Assembly: GCA_946533175.1 (NCBI GenBank)
Contig: CAMNBS010000002.1
Coordinates: forward strand, 1-36,321
Reading direction: 5' to 3'
DNA: 36,321 bases
From: an uncultured Clostridia bacterium
GTDB taxonomy: Bacteria > Bacillota_I > Bacilli_A > RF39 > UBA660
Shown: in pieces, positions 19,053 through 27,756 of the stretch
How the letters are laid out: each line of letters begins with the position of its first letter
How positions within the stretch are numbered: position 1 is the first letter of the stretch
The notes under the pieces: generated by a model
What the model was told of the DNA's origin: nothing
Databases searched by the model: none
What the model saw: only the letters and a program-made list of their open reading frames with translations
Made by a program: the position numbers and the translations under genes

Positions 19053-19402
19053 AAATAAAATCATTATATATATGCGTTGATGATATGCAAAGGGCGATAA
19101 ATTTCTATACAGATTTCTTTGAGAAGAGTCCTATAAAAAATGATTCTATTTATTCTGTATTTGATATTGATGGTTTTAGATTTGGTTTATTTGCATATAA
19201 AAAAATGAAAGAGCCACATACTTTTGGAAGTAATTGTTTGCCTAGTATAGAAGTAGATAGTATAGAAACACTAAAAAGAAAAATAGAAAAGCTAGAGATT
19301 TGTTTTCCTTTAACTAAAATTGAAAGTAATTATGTAGTTGAATTTATTGATAGTGAAGGAAATCATATAGAATTAACAACCCCTATAAAAGGAAGTGATT
19401 AA
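19049..19402 (+). CDS. VOC (glyoxalase/bleomycin-resistance) family protein
   Basis: Start overlaps the RhuM stop (ATGA). Single beta-alpha-beta-beta-beta module pattern: LYICVDDMQRAINFY...FGLF...GNHIELTTP. Confidence 0.6.
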   Translation: MKIKSLYICVDDMQRAINFYTDFFEKSPIKNDSIYSVFDIDGFRFGLFAYKKMKEPHTFGSNCLPSIEVDSIETLKRKIEKLEICFPLTKIESNYVVEFIDSEGNHIELTTPIKGSD

Positions 19403-19464
19403 AATGAAAGAAGAAAAAGTGTCTTTAAACAAGCTAAAGATATTGAACAAATTATGAATAAATT

Positions 19465-19508
19465 AGGGAGGTAATACTCATGGATGAAAATAAAACTAAT
19501 ATAAACTG
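19465..19508 (+). repeat. rbgA 5'-end module, copy C (short)
   Basis: RBS GGGAGG. ATG 19480 encodes MDENKTNINCLVWI* (to 19524). Core AAAACTAATATAAACTG at 19492-19508. No terminator or -10 part. Confidence 0.75.
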
Positions 19509-19717
19509 TTTGGTATGGATTTAGTCAAACATTTTTATAAAACCCTATAAAATCAAGGGAAAATGAATGTTTACTTATTACATTTTTTTATTAAAAAAAG
19601 TAAAAAAAAACTAAAATTTGATAAAATTCGGTAAAAATCATCCAAAAATAGCAATATTTAAAAAGGGTGGTATTGACGGTCTAACTTTTAGAAAAAAGAG
19701 TGTTTTTATATAAATTT

Positions 19718-19744
19718 GTCAGATAGTTATATCTGACTTTTTTT
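19718..19744 (+). terminator. strong hairpin + T7 just upstream of the ParB-like gene
   Basis: GTCAGATA-GTTA-TATCTGAC followed by TTTTTTT. The context CTTTTTTTATGC resembles the terminator/-10 junction of the rbgA modules. Confidence 0.6.
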
Positions 19745-19766
19745 ATGCAAAAATTTAGGAGGATTT

Positions 19767-20141
19767 ATGAAAGAAGAGGTAATAGAAATTGATGTAAAAG
19801 ATATTAAAAAATTTCCAAATCATCCTTTTAAAATTACTAATGATCTTAATTATGAAGAATTAAGAAATAGCATTATGGAAAGTGGTGTATTAGTTCCTGC
19901 AATTGTTAGAAAGAGAGATGATGGAAAATATGAAATGTTATCTGGACATAGAAGAATGCAAATATGCAAAGAACAAGGAATAAAGAAAATTCCATGCATA
20001 GTTAAAAATATTTCAGATGAGGAAGCTATTGTCTTGATGGTAGATTCTAATCTTCAAAGAGAAAAAATATTACCAAGTGAAAAAGCAATGGCATATAAGA
20101 TGAAATATGATGCAATAAAATCTATGACACCATCGGTGTAA
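19767..20141 (+). pseudogene. ParB N-terminal-domain (ParB/Srx) protein, 3'-truncated
   Basis: RBS AGGAGG. PNHPFKI..., GVLVPAIVRK...YEMLSGHRRMQICKEQG, and VDSNLQREKILPSEKAMAYK are typical of ParB-like proteins of clostridial integrative elements. The HTH part (..[15 protein letters not shown]) continues only in another frame (about 20143-20213). Confidence 0.6.
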
Positions 20142-20223
20142 GATAAAAGAAAAGATGAAATATTAGGAGAGCAAGTTGGAGAAAGTAGAGAGCAAATAAG
20201 AAGATTTAGAAAATAATAATATA

Positions 20224-20790
20224 AGACCAGAAAGTTTAGATGAATATATTGGCCAAAGTGAAGTAAAAGAAAACATTAAAGTATTTATAGAAGCTGCAAA
20301 GCTTAGAAATGAACCACTTGATCATGTACTTTTATATGGTCCACCAGGACTTGGTAAAACAACTTTAGCAAATATAATAGCAAATGAATTAGGTGTTTCT
20401 TTAAAAACAGCATCGGGTCCTGCTATAGAAAAATCTGGCGATTTGGCAGCAATATTATCAACATTAGAACCAGGTGATGTATTATTTATTGATGAAATAC
20501 ATAGAATGCCAAGATTTATTGAAGAAATACTTTATCCTGCTATGGTAGATTTTACTTTAGATATAGTAGTTGGAAATGATACAAATACAAGAAGTATTAA
20601 AATTGATTTGCCTCCATTTACTTTAGTTGGAGCTACAACAAGAGCAGGTGATTTGACAAGTCCACTTCGTGATAGATTTGGTATTACTTGTAAATTAAAA
20701 TATTATGATGAAGATGAACTTCGTATGATTATTGAAAGAACAAGTCGTGTTCTTGATATGCCTATTTCTCATGAAGCAGCGATTTCACTT
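20224..20790 (+). pseudogene. ruvB: ruvB fragment (about residues 20-215 of Holliday junction helicase RuvB)
   Basis: [57 protein letters not shown]...[30 protein letters not shown]...[14 protein letters not shown]......[29 protein letters not shown]. The C-terminal third is absent. Boundaries approximate. Confidence 0.8.
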
Positions 20791-21694
20791 GCTAATTTAT
20801 TAAAACAAAAAGATTATAGTATAAAAGCTTTTCATATGAATTCTAAAGAATATTTTTCAAGAGGAATTAATTATTCTAATTGGGGATATGATAATTATTT
20901 TGGACTTCAGGATTTAGGAATATATTCTGATACATCATATCAGTTGGATAGAGAACTTATTCTTAATGAAACATTCTACAATGAAATGTTTAATAATAAT
21001 GGAAAATTTATGAATTACATTATTACTTATAGTAATCATTTACCTTTTGATGCTAAAAGAGGAGTATGTAATAAATTATTAAAACTTGATTATGAAAAAG
21101 AACTTTAAAATATTGATAATAGTGAAAAAAATGTATTTCTAGAGAGTTTAGAATTAACAGAAGAAGATTGTATTAAGAGACAAGCAAAAGAGACTGATTA
21201 TATGATATGGTTATTAATAAAAGCATTAAAAGATAATAATTTATATGATAATACAATAATTATTGCTTATGCTGATCATTATTTATATACTGTATCTGAT
21301 TATGAAATACTAAAAAAATGGTAAGAGTATAGAAACTAATTTAATTAATCATACACCATTCTTTATATGGAGTAAAAATTTAAAAAAGGAAGAAGTAAAA
21401 AAAGTTACAACACAAATGAATATTTTACCAACTGTTTTAAATTTACTTGGAATAGAATATAATGAAAAATGGTATATAGGGCAAGATATATTTTCAAAAA
21501 AAATTAAACCATTTGTAGTATTCCCTGATTTATCTTGGTATGATGGAAGTTATTATGTAGAAGATGGTAGTGTTGTTAATAATAAGAAAATATCTTCTGA
21601 ACTTTTAGAAGAAAAAAATAATTATGCTGAATATTTAATTAAAAAGAATGATTTAGTACTTAAATATAATTATTTTAAAGAAATGAGTAATTAA
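20791..21694 (+). pseudogene. LtaS-type sulfatase-domain gene, 5'-truncated, with an in-frame stop and a frameshift
   Basis: Fused in frame to the ruvB fragment at about 20785-20795 ([17 protein letters not shown]...ITYSNHLPF). TAA at 21106. Continues ..LYDNTIIIAYADHY.. to a frameshift in the A7 run near 21314. Then ..NHTPFFIWS...QMNILPTVLNLLGIEYN.. to 21694. Confidence 0.7.
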
Positions 21695-21775
21695 AAGACT
21701 TTGTTATAGGTAAAAAAAAGTCTTTCTTTTTGTGCGAATGTAATATATAATTATAATAGGTAGGAGGAGTGTTAA

Positions 21776-24568
21776 ATGATGGATGCAACTAAAAAAAGAA
21801 AATTAATAGTAAGTATTTTAGGAATAGTGGGAGTATTAAGTATTACACTAGGTGTTACTGTAGCATTCTTTAATTATACAAGAACAGGAAATGCTAATAC
21901 AATAAGTGTAGGAAGAATAGCTTTTAATTCAACTCAAGATGGAAGAATAAATTTAACAAATATATTTCCAATAGATAGTGAAGATATTGATAATGCTTTA
22001 GAAGAAGGAAATAACGTAACAATTAATATTAATGGGGATACAACATATCAATATGGAATAGAATATTTAGTTACAGCAGAAGATGTTAACATTACTGTTA
22101 ATAATAAAAAGGTACCATTAAATCTATATATAACAAGTACAACTGATTTAGGTAATAATGATCCTGATTATTTTGATAATCGTGGTGGAAATATGTCAAT
22201 GCATAAAGTTTTATCGGGAGGAGTTGTAGTAGATGGACAATATTTAGTTGTTGGTTATATTGCACCAGGACAAGAGGGAATAGAAGGAAATTTAAATATA
22301 AAGGCATATATTGATAAAGATAAAATAGCAATAACAGATACACCGGAAGAAAATATAGAATGGCAAAGAGGTAGAACTATATTTACAACGGAAGAATGGA
22401 ATAGTATTCAACAAGAAGGTCATGAATTATCCTTTAAAATAAGAGTAGAAGCGAATGAAGGAGTTTGGGTAGATCCATATACAACACCAAATTTAATGAA
22501 TAATATTAATATAAATAAAAGTGCAGTAAATATAAAAGAAATAAGGTTTATAGAAGAAACACCACTTAGAATGCAAAGAAGGTATGATGCTTCTGTTGGT
22601 GAAGAAAGTAATGGAACAAAAGCTGATTTAACATATCAAGATACTGGAAAAGTACTTGCATGGATAGAGCCGATGGAAGTAACCCCAACAGGAACAAGTA
22701 ATGAATTATTAAATATCAAACCAAAGTTTTTAGTTAATGAAGACACATCAAATAATCTTAAACAAATAGATAATGAACCTGCATATATATTATATATAGC
22801 AAGTAGTGGTAAGACAAAGTGGGTAACAGGCAATTCTTTATTTAAAGAATTCACAAGTGTGGAAAAAATCATATTTGAAAATGTTGATTCATCAAGTGTT
22901 ACTAGTATGTATGATATGTTTAATAATTGTAACAAGTTAAGAAGTATAATTGGATTAAATACATTAGATACAAGTAATGTTACAGATATGCAATATATGT
23001 TTTCAGGTTGTAGTAGCTTGACAAGTATTGATTTATCAGGATTAGGAAGCAATAATTTAAATGCTATAGGTTATATGTTTTATAATTGCAATGCTCTAAC
23101 TGAAATAATAATGAAAAATTTTAATTTTGGTCAAGTTAATTTTTATAATAATAGTAATTATTATTATGCATTTGCATATCTTCCAAATGTGGAAACAATA
23201 GATTTAACAAATGCCAATACTAGTGGTGTTACTAGCATGTATGATATGTTTTATAGTTGCACAAAATTAAAAAATATCATCGGTTTAAATACATTAGATA
23301 TAAGTAATGTTACAGATATGCGGTATATGTTTGCATATAGCGAAATAGAAAGTATTAATTTAAGTGGAATGAATATGAGTAGTGTAACTACTGTATATGA
23401 CATGTTTTACAGTTGTAAATCATTAGCATTAGTTAAGATAAATAACGCTAATTTACAAAATGTAACAGATATGCAATATATGTTCTCTGACTGTGATGCG
23501 CTTGTAAGTATTGATTTAAATAATTTAAATATTAATAGTGTACAAACAATGAATAGCATGTTTAGTGGATGTGATAATTTGGAAAGTGTTATATTTACTG
23601 GAATAGAAACAACAACATTAAGGGATATGTCAAATATGTTTTCTGGTTGTACGAAATTAATAAATGTAAATTTATCAGGATTAGGAGGAAACAATTTATA
23701 TAGTGTTGGTTATATGTTTTATAATTGTACTAGTTTAAAAAATATAAATATGTCTAATTTTAATTTTGGTGGAATTAATTCATTTGATGGTTCTTCAAGT
23801 ATTTTTTACCCATTAAAAGGTGTATTGGAAAGTATTAATTTAAGTGGAGCAAATTTTAGTGGACCTAATATATCATCTAGTAGTTTTTATGCAATGTTTC
23901 AATATTTTTCAAAATTAAAGACTGTTGATTTAAGTAATGCAAACACAAGTAAAGTAACAAGTATGCAAGACCTATTTGGTCATTGTCCATTATTAGAAAA
24001 TGTTAATTTAGCTGGAATCGATACGAGTAATGTGACAAACATGCAGTATATGTTTGATAATTGTGATTCTATAACAAAACTAGATTTAAAACATTTAAAT
24101 ACAAGTAAAGTAACTAATATGTATTATATGTTTAGATATATGGACAATTTAGAAGAAATTGATATATCTGGGTGGGGAAATAATAGTTTATCTAATACAT
24201 ATGGTATGTTTGCTTCTGATATTAAATTAAAAACTATAATTATGAATAATTTTAACTTTGGAACAAGCGCATATGGGGCATTTTATAGTGCGAGTGGCGT
24301 TGAAGAAGTTTATCTAAGTAATGCTATAACAAACAAAGTGACTGATATGAGTCTTATGTTTGATGGTTGTAGAAACTTAAAAACAATATATGTATCAAAT
24401 ACATGGGATACAACTAAAGTAACGGATTCAGGTAGTATGTTTTCTAATTGTACATCTTTAGTAGGTGGAGCAGGAACTACCTTTAATGCTAGCTATATTG
24501 ACAAAACAAGAGCAATCATTGATGGTGGTACAAGTAATCCCGGTTACTTAACATTAAAGACAAATTAA
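21776..24568 (+). CDS. BspA-family leucine-rich-repeat surface protein (DUF285 / Mycoplasma-type LRR) with TasA-like N-module
   Basis: RBS AGGAGG. TM, then AFFNYTRTGNANTISVGRIAF. More than 15 repeats of the DUF285 pattern (..VT.M..MF..C..L..I.L....T..). C-terminal SLVGGAGTTFNASYIDKTRAIIDGGTSNPGYLT signature. Confidence 0.85.
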   Translation: MMDATKKRKLIVSILGIVGVLSITLGVTVAFFNYTRTGNANTISVGRIAFNSTQDGRINLTNIFPIDSEDIDNALEEGNNVTININGDTTYQYGIEYLVTAEDVNITVNNKKVPLNLYITSTTDLGNNDPDYFDNRGGNMSMHKVLSGGVVVDGQYLVVGYIAPGQEGIEGNLNIKAYIDKDKIAITDTPEENIEWQRGRTIFTTEEWNSIQQEGHELSFKIRVEANEGVWVDPYTTPNLMNNININKSAVNIKEIRFIEETPLRMQRRYDASVGEESNGTKADLTYQDTGKVLAWIEPMEVTPTGTSNELLNIKPKFLVNEDTSNNLKQIDNEPAYILYIASSGKTKWVTGNSLFKEFTSVEKIIFENVDSSSVTSMYDMFNNCNKLRSIIGLNTLDTSNVTDMQYMFSGCSSLTSIDLSGLGSNNLNAIGYMFYNCNALTEIIMKNFNFGQVNFYNNSNYYYAFAYLPNVETIDLTNANTSGVTSMYDMFYSCTKLKNIIGLNTLDISNVTDMRYMFAYSEIESINLSGMNMSSVTTVYDMFYSCKSLALVKINNANLQNVTDMQYMFSDCDALVSIDLNNLNINSVQTMNSMFSGCDNLESVIFTGIETTTLRDMSNMFSGCTKLINVNLSGLGGNNLYSVGYMFYNCTSLKNINMSNFNFGGINSFDGSSSIFYPLKGVLESINLSGANFSGPNISSSSFYAMFQYFSKLKTVDLSNANTSKVTSMQDLFGHCPLLENVNLAGIDTSNVTNMQYMFDNCDSITKLDLKHLNTSKVTNMYYMFRYMDNLEEIDISGWGNNSLSNTYGMFASDIKLKTIIMNNFNFGTSAYGAFYSASGVEEVYLSNAITNKVTDMSLMFDGCRNLKTIYVSNTWDTTKVTDSGSMFSNCTSLVGGAGTTFNASYIDKTRAIIDGGTSNPGYLTLKTN

Positions 24569-24649
24569 AAAAATTGTGTATAATAAACACAATTTTTTTA
24601 TATCTTTTTTTCTCTATTATATTATCATTAGTATGAAAGGGATTGTAGT

Positions 24650-26083
24650 ATGAGTAGTTTTTTTAATTCTCTAATTAAAACTATTGGTAGTTGGTATAAT
24701 AGTGGTTCTAGTATTCTATGGTGGGTATACCATATACTTGCCATTTTAGGTATATATAAAACTTTTTATTTAATAATTGGTATCTTTTTTACAAGAATAT
24801 TTCCTAAAGCTAAAAATAATCATAAATATGCTATTGTAATTGCAACAAGAAATGAAGAAAAAGTTATTGGAAATTTATTGGATAGTATTAATAAACAAGA
24901 TTATCCAAAAGATTTAATTACTACTTTTGTCATTTGTGATAATTGTACTGATAATACAAAAAAGGTTAGTGAAAAGCATGGTGCTATATGTTATAAAAGA
25001 CATGATTTAAAGAATAAAACAAAGGGGTTTGCTTTAAAATATTTATTTGAGTGTATAGAGCGTGACTATAAAATTAATAGTTTCGAAGGATACTTTGTTT
25101 TTGATGCTGGTGAAAAGATAATTACATCATATCGTAATACTAAAAATTTTGATGAGAATTGGATTGCATCAACTTACGCAATTCATTGGCTTAGAAGCAT
25201 TAGAACAGCGCATCGTGCTAGAAGTATTTTAAGACTTGCTACTAATATTCAAGGAACTGGTTTTTTATTTAGTAATGAACTTGTAAAAAATGGTTGGAAA
25301 TATACTTCATTAACAGAAGATAGAGCATTTACTGTTGATGCTGTTAAAGAGGGATACCATATTTCTTATAATGATAAAGCTATGTTTTATGATGAACAAC
25401 CTGTTAATTTGAAAATAGCATTACGCCAGCGTCTTCTTTGGTCTAATGGTCATTTACAGGCATTCATTGAAACAGGACTAGGTTTATTTAAAAATATTTT
25501 TTTTGGTAAGATGTTTCGTAAAAATAAACAAAATGTTAAAAGTGGTTTTTTATTAAAAATAATCGAATCAATACGACATCGTTTTGCATCGTTTGATATA
25601 TTAATGCTTATGCTACCAAGTAGTGTTATTTATTTTCTTTTATGGTTTATCTTTTCATGTTTATTATATAGTAATAATGCCTATATCGTTGGTATTAATG
25701 GTGTTAATATTTTCCAGGGTGGAACAATACTAGCAGGTTTACTTCGAAGTATAACAGATATATATGTTTATGTAAGTCCAGGTATTGAATCTTTGTTTAT
25801 GGGATTTATTTTAACAATATGGTTACGTATTTTTTATTTAATAGGAAGATATATTGAAAATATGTGGATGGCTATTTATATTTTCTTTGTTGAACATAAA
25901 AGAATAAAAAAGAATGATTCATGGATTGAGCATTTTAAAAGAAATAAAAAAATAAAAAAAATAACCAAAGAAGTTTTGCAAGAATTAATTGATGTTATTT
26001 ATATAACAAACGAAGGTAATGTAGAAATTACATTTAAATATAAAAATTTATATGAAGATGCTCTGAGGTATCTAAATAATTAA
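24650..26083 (+). CDS. family-2 glycosyltransferase (membrane, processive-type), probably inactive, with a chimeric 3' end derived from a large serine recombinase
   Basis: GT2 motifs YAIVIATRNEE, FVICDNCTD, TSYRN.KNF, GTGF, LTEDR and the Q(R)RLLW-type motif QRLLWSNG. The expected FDAD(N) DxD reads FDAGEKIITSYRN, suggesting an in-frame deletion of about 20 aa. The last ~55 aa resemble a DUF4368-type recombinase tail. Confidence 0.6.
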   Translation: MSSFFNSLIKTIGSWYNSGSSILWWVYHILAILGIYKTFYLIIGIFFTRIFPKAKNNHKYAIVIATRNEEKVIGNLLDSINKQDYPKDLITTFVICDNCTDNTKKVSEKHGAICYKRHDLKNKTKGFALKYLFECIERDYKINSFEGYFVFDAGEKIITSYRNTKNFDENWIASTYAIHWLRSIRTAHRARSILRLATNIQGTGFLFSNELVKNGWKYTSLTEDRAFTVDAVKEGYHISYNDKAMFYDEQPVNLKIALRQRLLWSNGHLQAFIETGLGLFKNIFFGKMFRKNKQNVKSGFLLKIIESIRHRFASFDILMLMLPSSVIYFLLWFIFSCLLYSNNAYIVGINGVNIFQGGTILAGLLRSITDIYVYVSPGIESLFMGFILTIWLRIFYLIGRYIENMWMAIYIFFVEHKRIKKNDSWIEHFKRNKKIKKITKEVLQELIDVIYITNEGNVEITFKYKNLYEDALRYLNN

Positions 26084-26090
26084 AATTTTG

Positions 26091-26187
26091 TGTTATAATT
26101 GATAAGTAAAGTTTCTTACAAAAAGGAGTGATTCTTATGAGTAATACAAATGGAAATGCTGGGCTAGACAAAACCAATATCAACTGG
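26091..26187 (+). repeat. rbgA 5'-end module, copy D
   Basis: TGTTATAAT with TATAAT at 26094-26099. RBS AAAGGAGTGAT. ATG 26137 encodes MSNTNGNAGLDKTNINWLITVYSNFWRNPLFIRTCED* (to 26250). Core AAAACCAATATCAACTGG at 26170-26187. Confidence 0.8.
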
Positions 26188-26385
26188 TTGATTACAGTTT
26201 ATAGTAACTTTTGGAGAAATCCTTTATTTATAAGAACTTGCGAAGATTAATGTCTTACATGCTTACAATAAAAAATATTAAAAATTAATAAAAAATAGTC
26301 AAAAATGACTAAAATATCCTAAAAATAGCGTAGGAATTAAAGTATTGATTACGGGACAGTAACTCACAGTAAAAGAGGTGAAATT

Positions 26386-26724
26386 ATGAAACATGAAATG
26401 AAATTAAATAATGGACCATACACAAATATAAAAAATGGTACAAAAACAATTGAGTTAAGATTAAATGATGAAAAGAGACAATTATTAAAGATAAAAGATT
26501 TAATTGAATTTACTAATAGAGAAACTTTAGAACAAATGTTAGTTGAAATTGAAAATTTATATCATTATCCATCTTTTGAAGAACTGTATAAACATTTTGA
26601 TAAGGTGGCTATGGGATATAAAAATAACGAAATTGCTAATCCAAAAGATATGGAAGAATACTATTCAAAAGATGAACAAGAAAAATATGGTGTATTAGGA
26701 ATAGAGATAAAAAAAATAAAATAG
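26386..26724 (+). CDS. ASCH (PUA-like) domain protein
   Basis: RBS AGAGGTG. MKLNNGPYTNIKNGTKTIELRLNDEKRQLLKIKDLIEF...YHYPSFEELY...YYSKDEQEKYGVLGIEI matches the small stand-alone ASCH family pattern. Confidence 0.6.
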   Translation: MKHEMKLNNGPYTNIKNGTKTIELRLNDEKRQLLKIKDLIEFTNRETLEQMLVEIENLYHYPSFEELYKHFDKVAMGYKNNEIANPKDMEEYYSKDEQEKYGVLGIEIKKIK

Positions 26725-26774
26725 TAAGTACAGTTTTAATACTATAATTATGTATTGATTTAAAGGAGGTTTTG

Positions 26775-27554
26775 ATGATGATATTTTTAAGTCATAATTA
26801 TAAAGATAAGGATATAGTCGAACCAATTGCTATAAAATTGAAAGAAATATATGGTCAAGAAAATATTTTTTATGATTCTTGGTCAATTAAACCAGGTGAA
26901 AGTATAATTGGAAAAATGGATGAAGGCCTTTCCAAGTGTAAATGGTTTTTCTTCTTTATTAGTAATAATTCATTAAATAGTTCTATGGTGGGGTTGGAAT
27001 GGCAAAGTGCTTTATATAAAGCCACAAAAGAAGGAATAAAATTTGTACCAATAAAAATTGATGATTGTTTTCCGCCACAAATATTGACTAATACTTTATA
27101 TTTGGATATGTATGTGGATGGTTTTGATAACACTTTAAGAAACATGTTTGACTTGATTGATAATAATGATACCAAAGAATATAATAAAAAATTTAATAAC
27201 TTGTTATGTAGTATCGAAAGAATCAATAATAAAGAATTAAAAATAAAGATTGAGGTTTTAAAATTAATTGAACCAAATCCAAGCTTTGCTTTTGCTTTTA
27301 GTAATAGTTTAGATGATGTTTCCATAGAATTAACATCTGATTCTATGTCTATGAATAGTTCTGGAACATTTTCAAACGGTAAAAATCTTAAATTGTGTAG
27401 GATTAGTAGGGTACTTACTAAGGGATTCCCGTATGAAGTAATTTTAAAAAGTAAAGTTGGTTTTAAAAATAATGATTTGGAAATATGGCATCAAGTTGGA
27501 AAAAACGATTTTGTTTTGCTAACTAATATAAACGAGTATAGTTCAATAAACTAG
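26775..27554 (+). CDS. TIR-domain protein with an uncharacterised beta-rich C-terminal domain
   Basis: RBS AAGGAGG at 26763-26769. IFLSHNYKDKDIVEPIAIKL...IFYDSWSIKPGESI...CKWFFFFISNNSLNSSMVGLEWQSAL is the TIR_2 pattern, including the conserved Glu. The ~130-aa C-terminal half has no motif I recognise. Confidence 0.75.
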   Translation: MMIFLSHNYKDKDIVEPIAIKLKEIYGQENIFYDSWSIKPGESIIGKMDEGLSKCKWFFFFISNNSLNSSMVGLEWQSALYKATKEGIKFVPIKIDDCFPPQILTNTLYLDMYVDGFDNTLRNMFDLIDNNDTKEYNKKFNNLLCSIERINNKELKIKIEVLKLIEPNPSFAFAFSNSLDDVSIELTSDSMSMNSSGTFSNGKNLKLCRISRVLTKGFPYEVILKSKVGFKNNDLEIWHQVGKNDFVLLTNINEYSSIN

Positions 27555-27563
27555 TTTATTCTA

Positions 27564-27756
27564 CATTAGAATGAGATATTATAGCCATATGACCTGGAAA
27601 CTATAGACTAAATTTGATTACGGTTTTTAGTAACCATTAAAATGACTTAAAAATGGACGAAAATATACTAAATTTCGTCTTTTTTATGGTATAATTTTAT
27701 TGATTTATATGAAAGGAGTGATCCAAATGAACGAAAATAAAACTAATATAAACTGG
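27564..27756 (+). promoter_or_regulatory. rbgA upstream/5'-end module, copy E (the functional one): terminator, extended -10 promoter, RBS, start
   Basis: Hairpin GACGAAA..TTTCGTC + T-run (27656-27685). TGGTATAAT with TATAAT at 27690-27695. RBS GGAGTGAT. ATG 27727. Core AAAACTAATATAAACTGG at 27739-27756. Confidence 0.8.

Noticed and set aside
20165-20223. RBS-like AGGAGA plus TTG at 20176 in the ruvB frame ([21 protein letters not shown]...), considered as an intact ruvB 5' end.
   Set aside because: In another frame the same stretch reads as the ParB HTH ([15 protein letters not shown]). The N-terminal extension has no RuvB-like features and the gene lacks its C-terminal third anyway, so I treat it as a fortuitous open frame at a junction.
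26870-27325. 151-aa antisense ORF inside the TIR gene, considered as a possible overlapping antitoxin or partner.
   Set aside because: It is fully contained in the TIR coding frame, has a low-complexity sequence and no RBS or promoter on the minus strand. It is most simply a shadow ORF.
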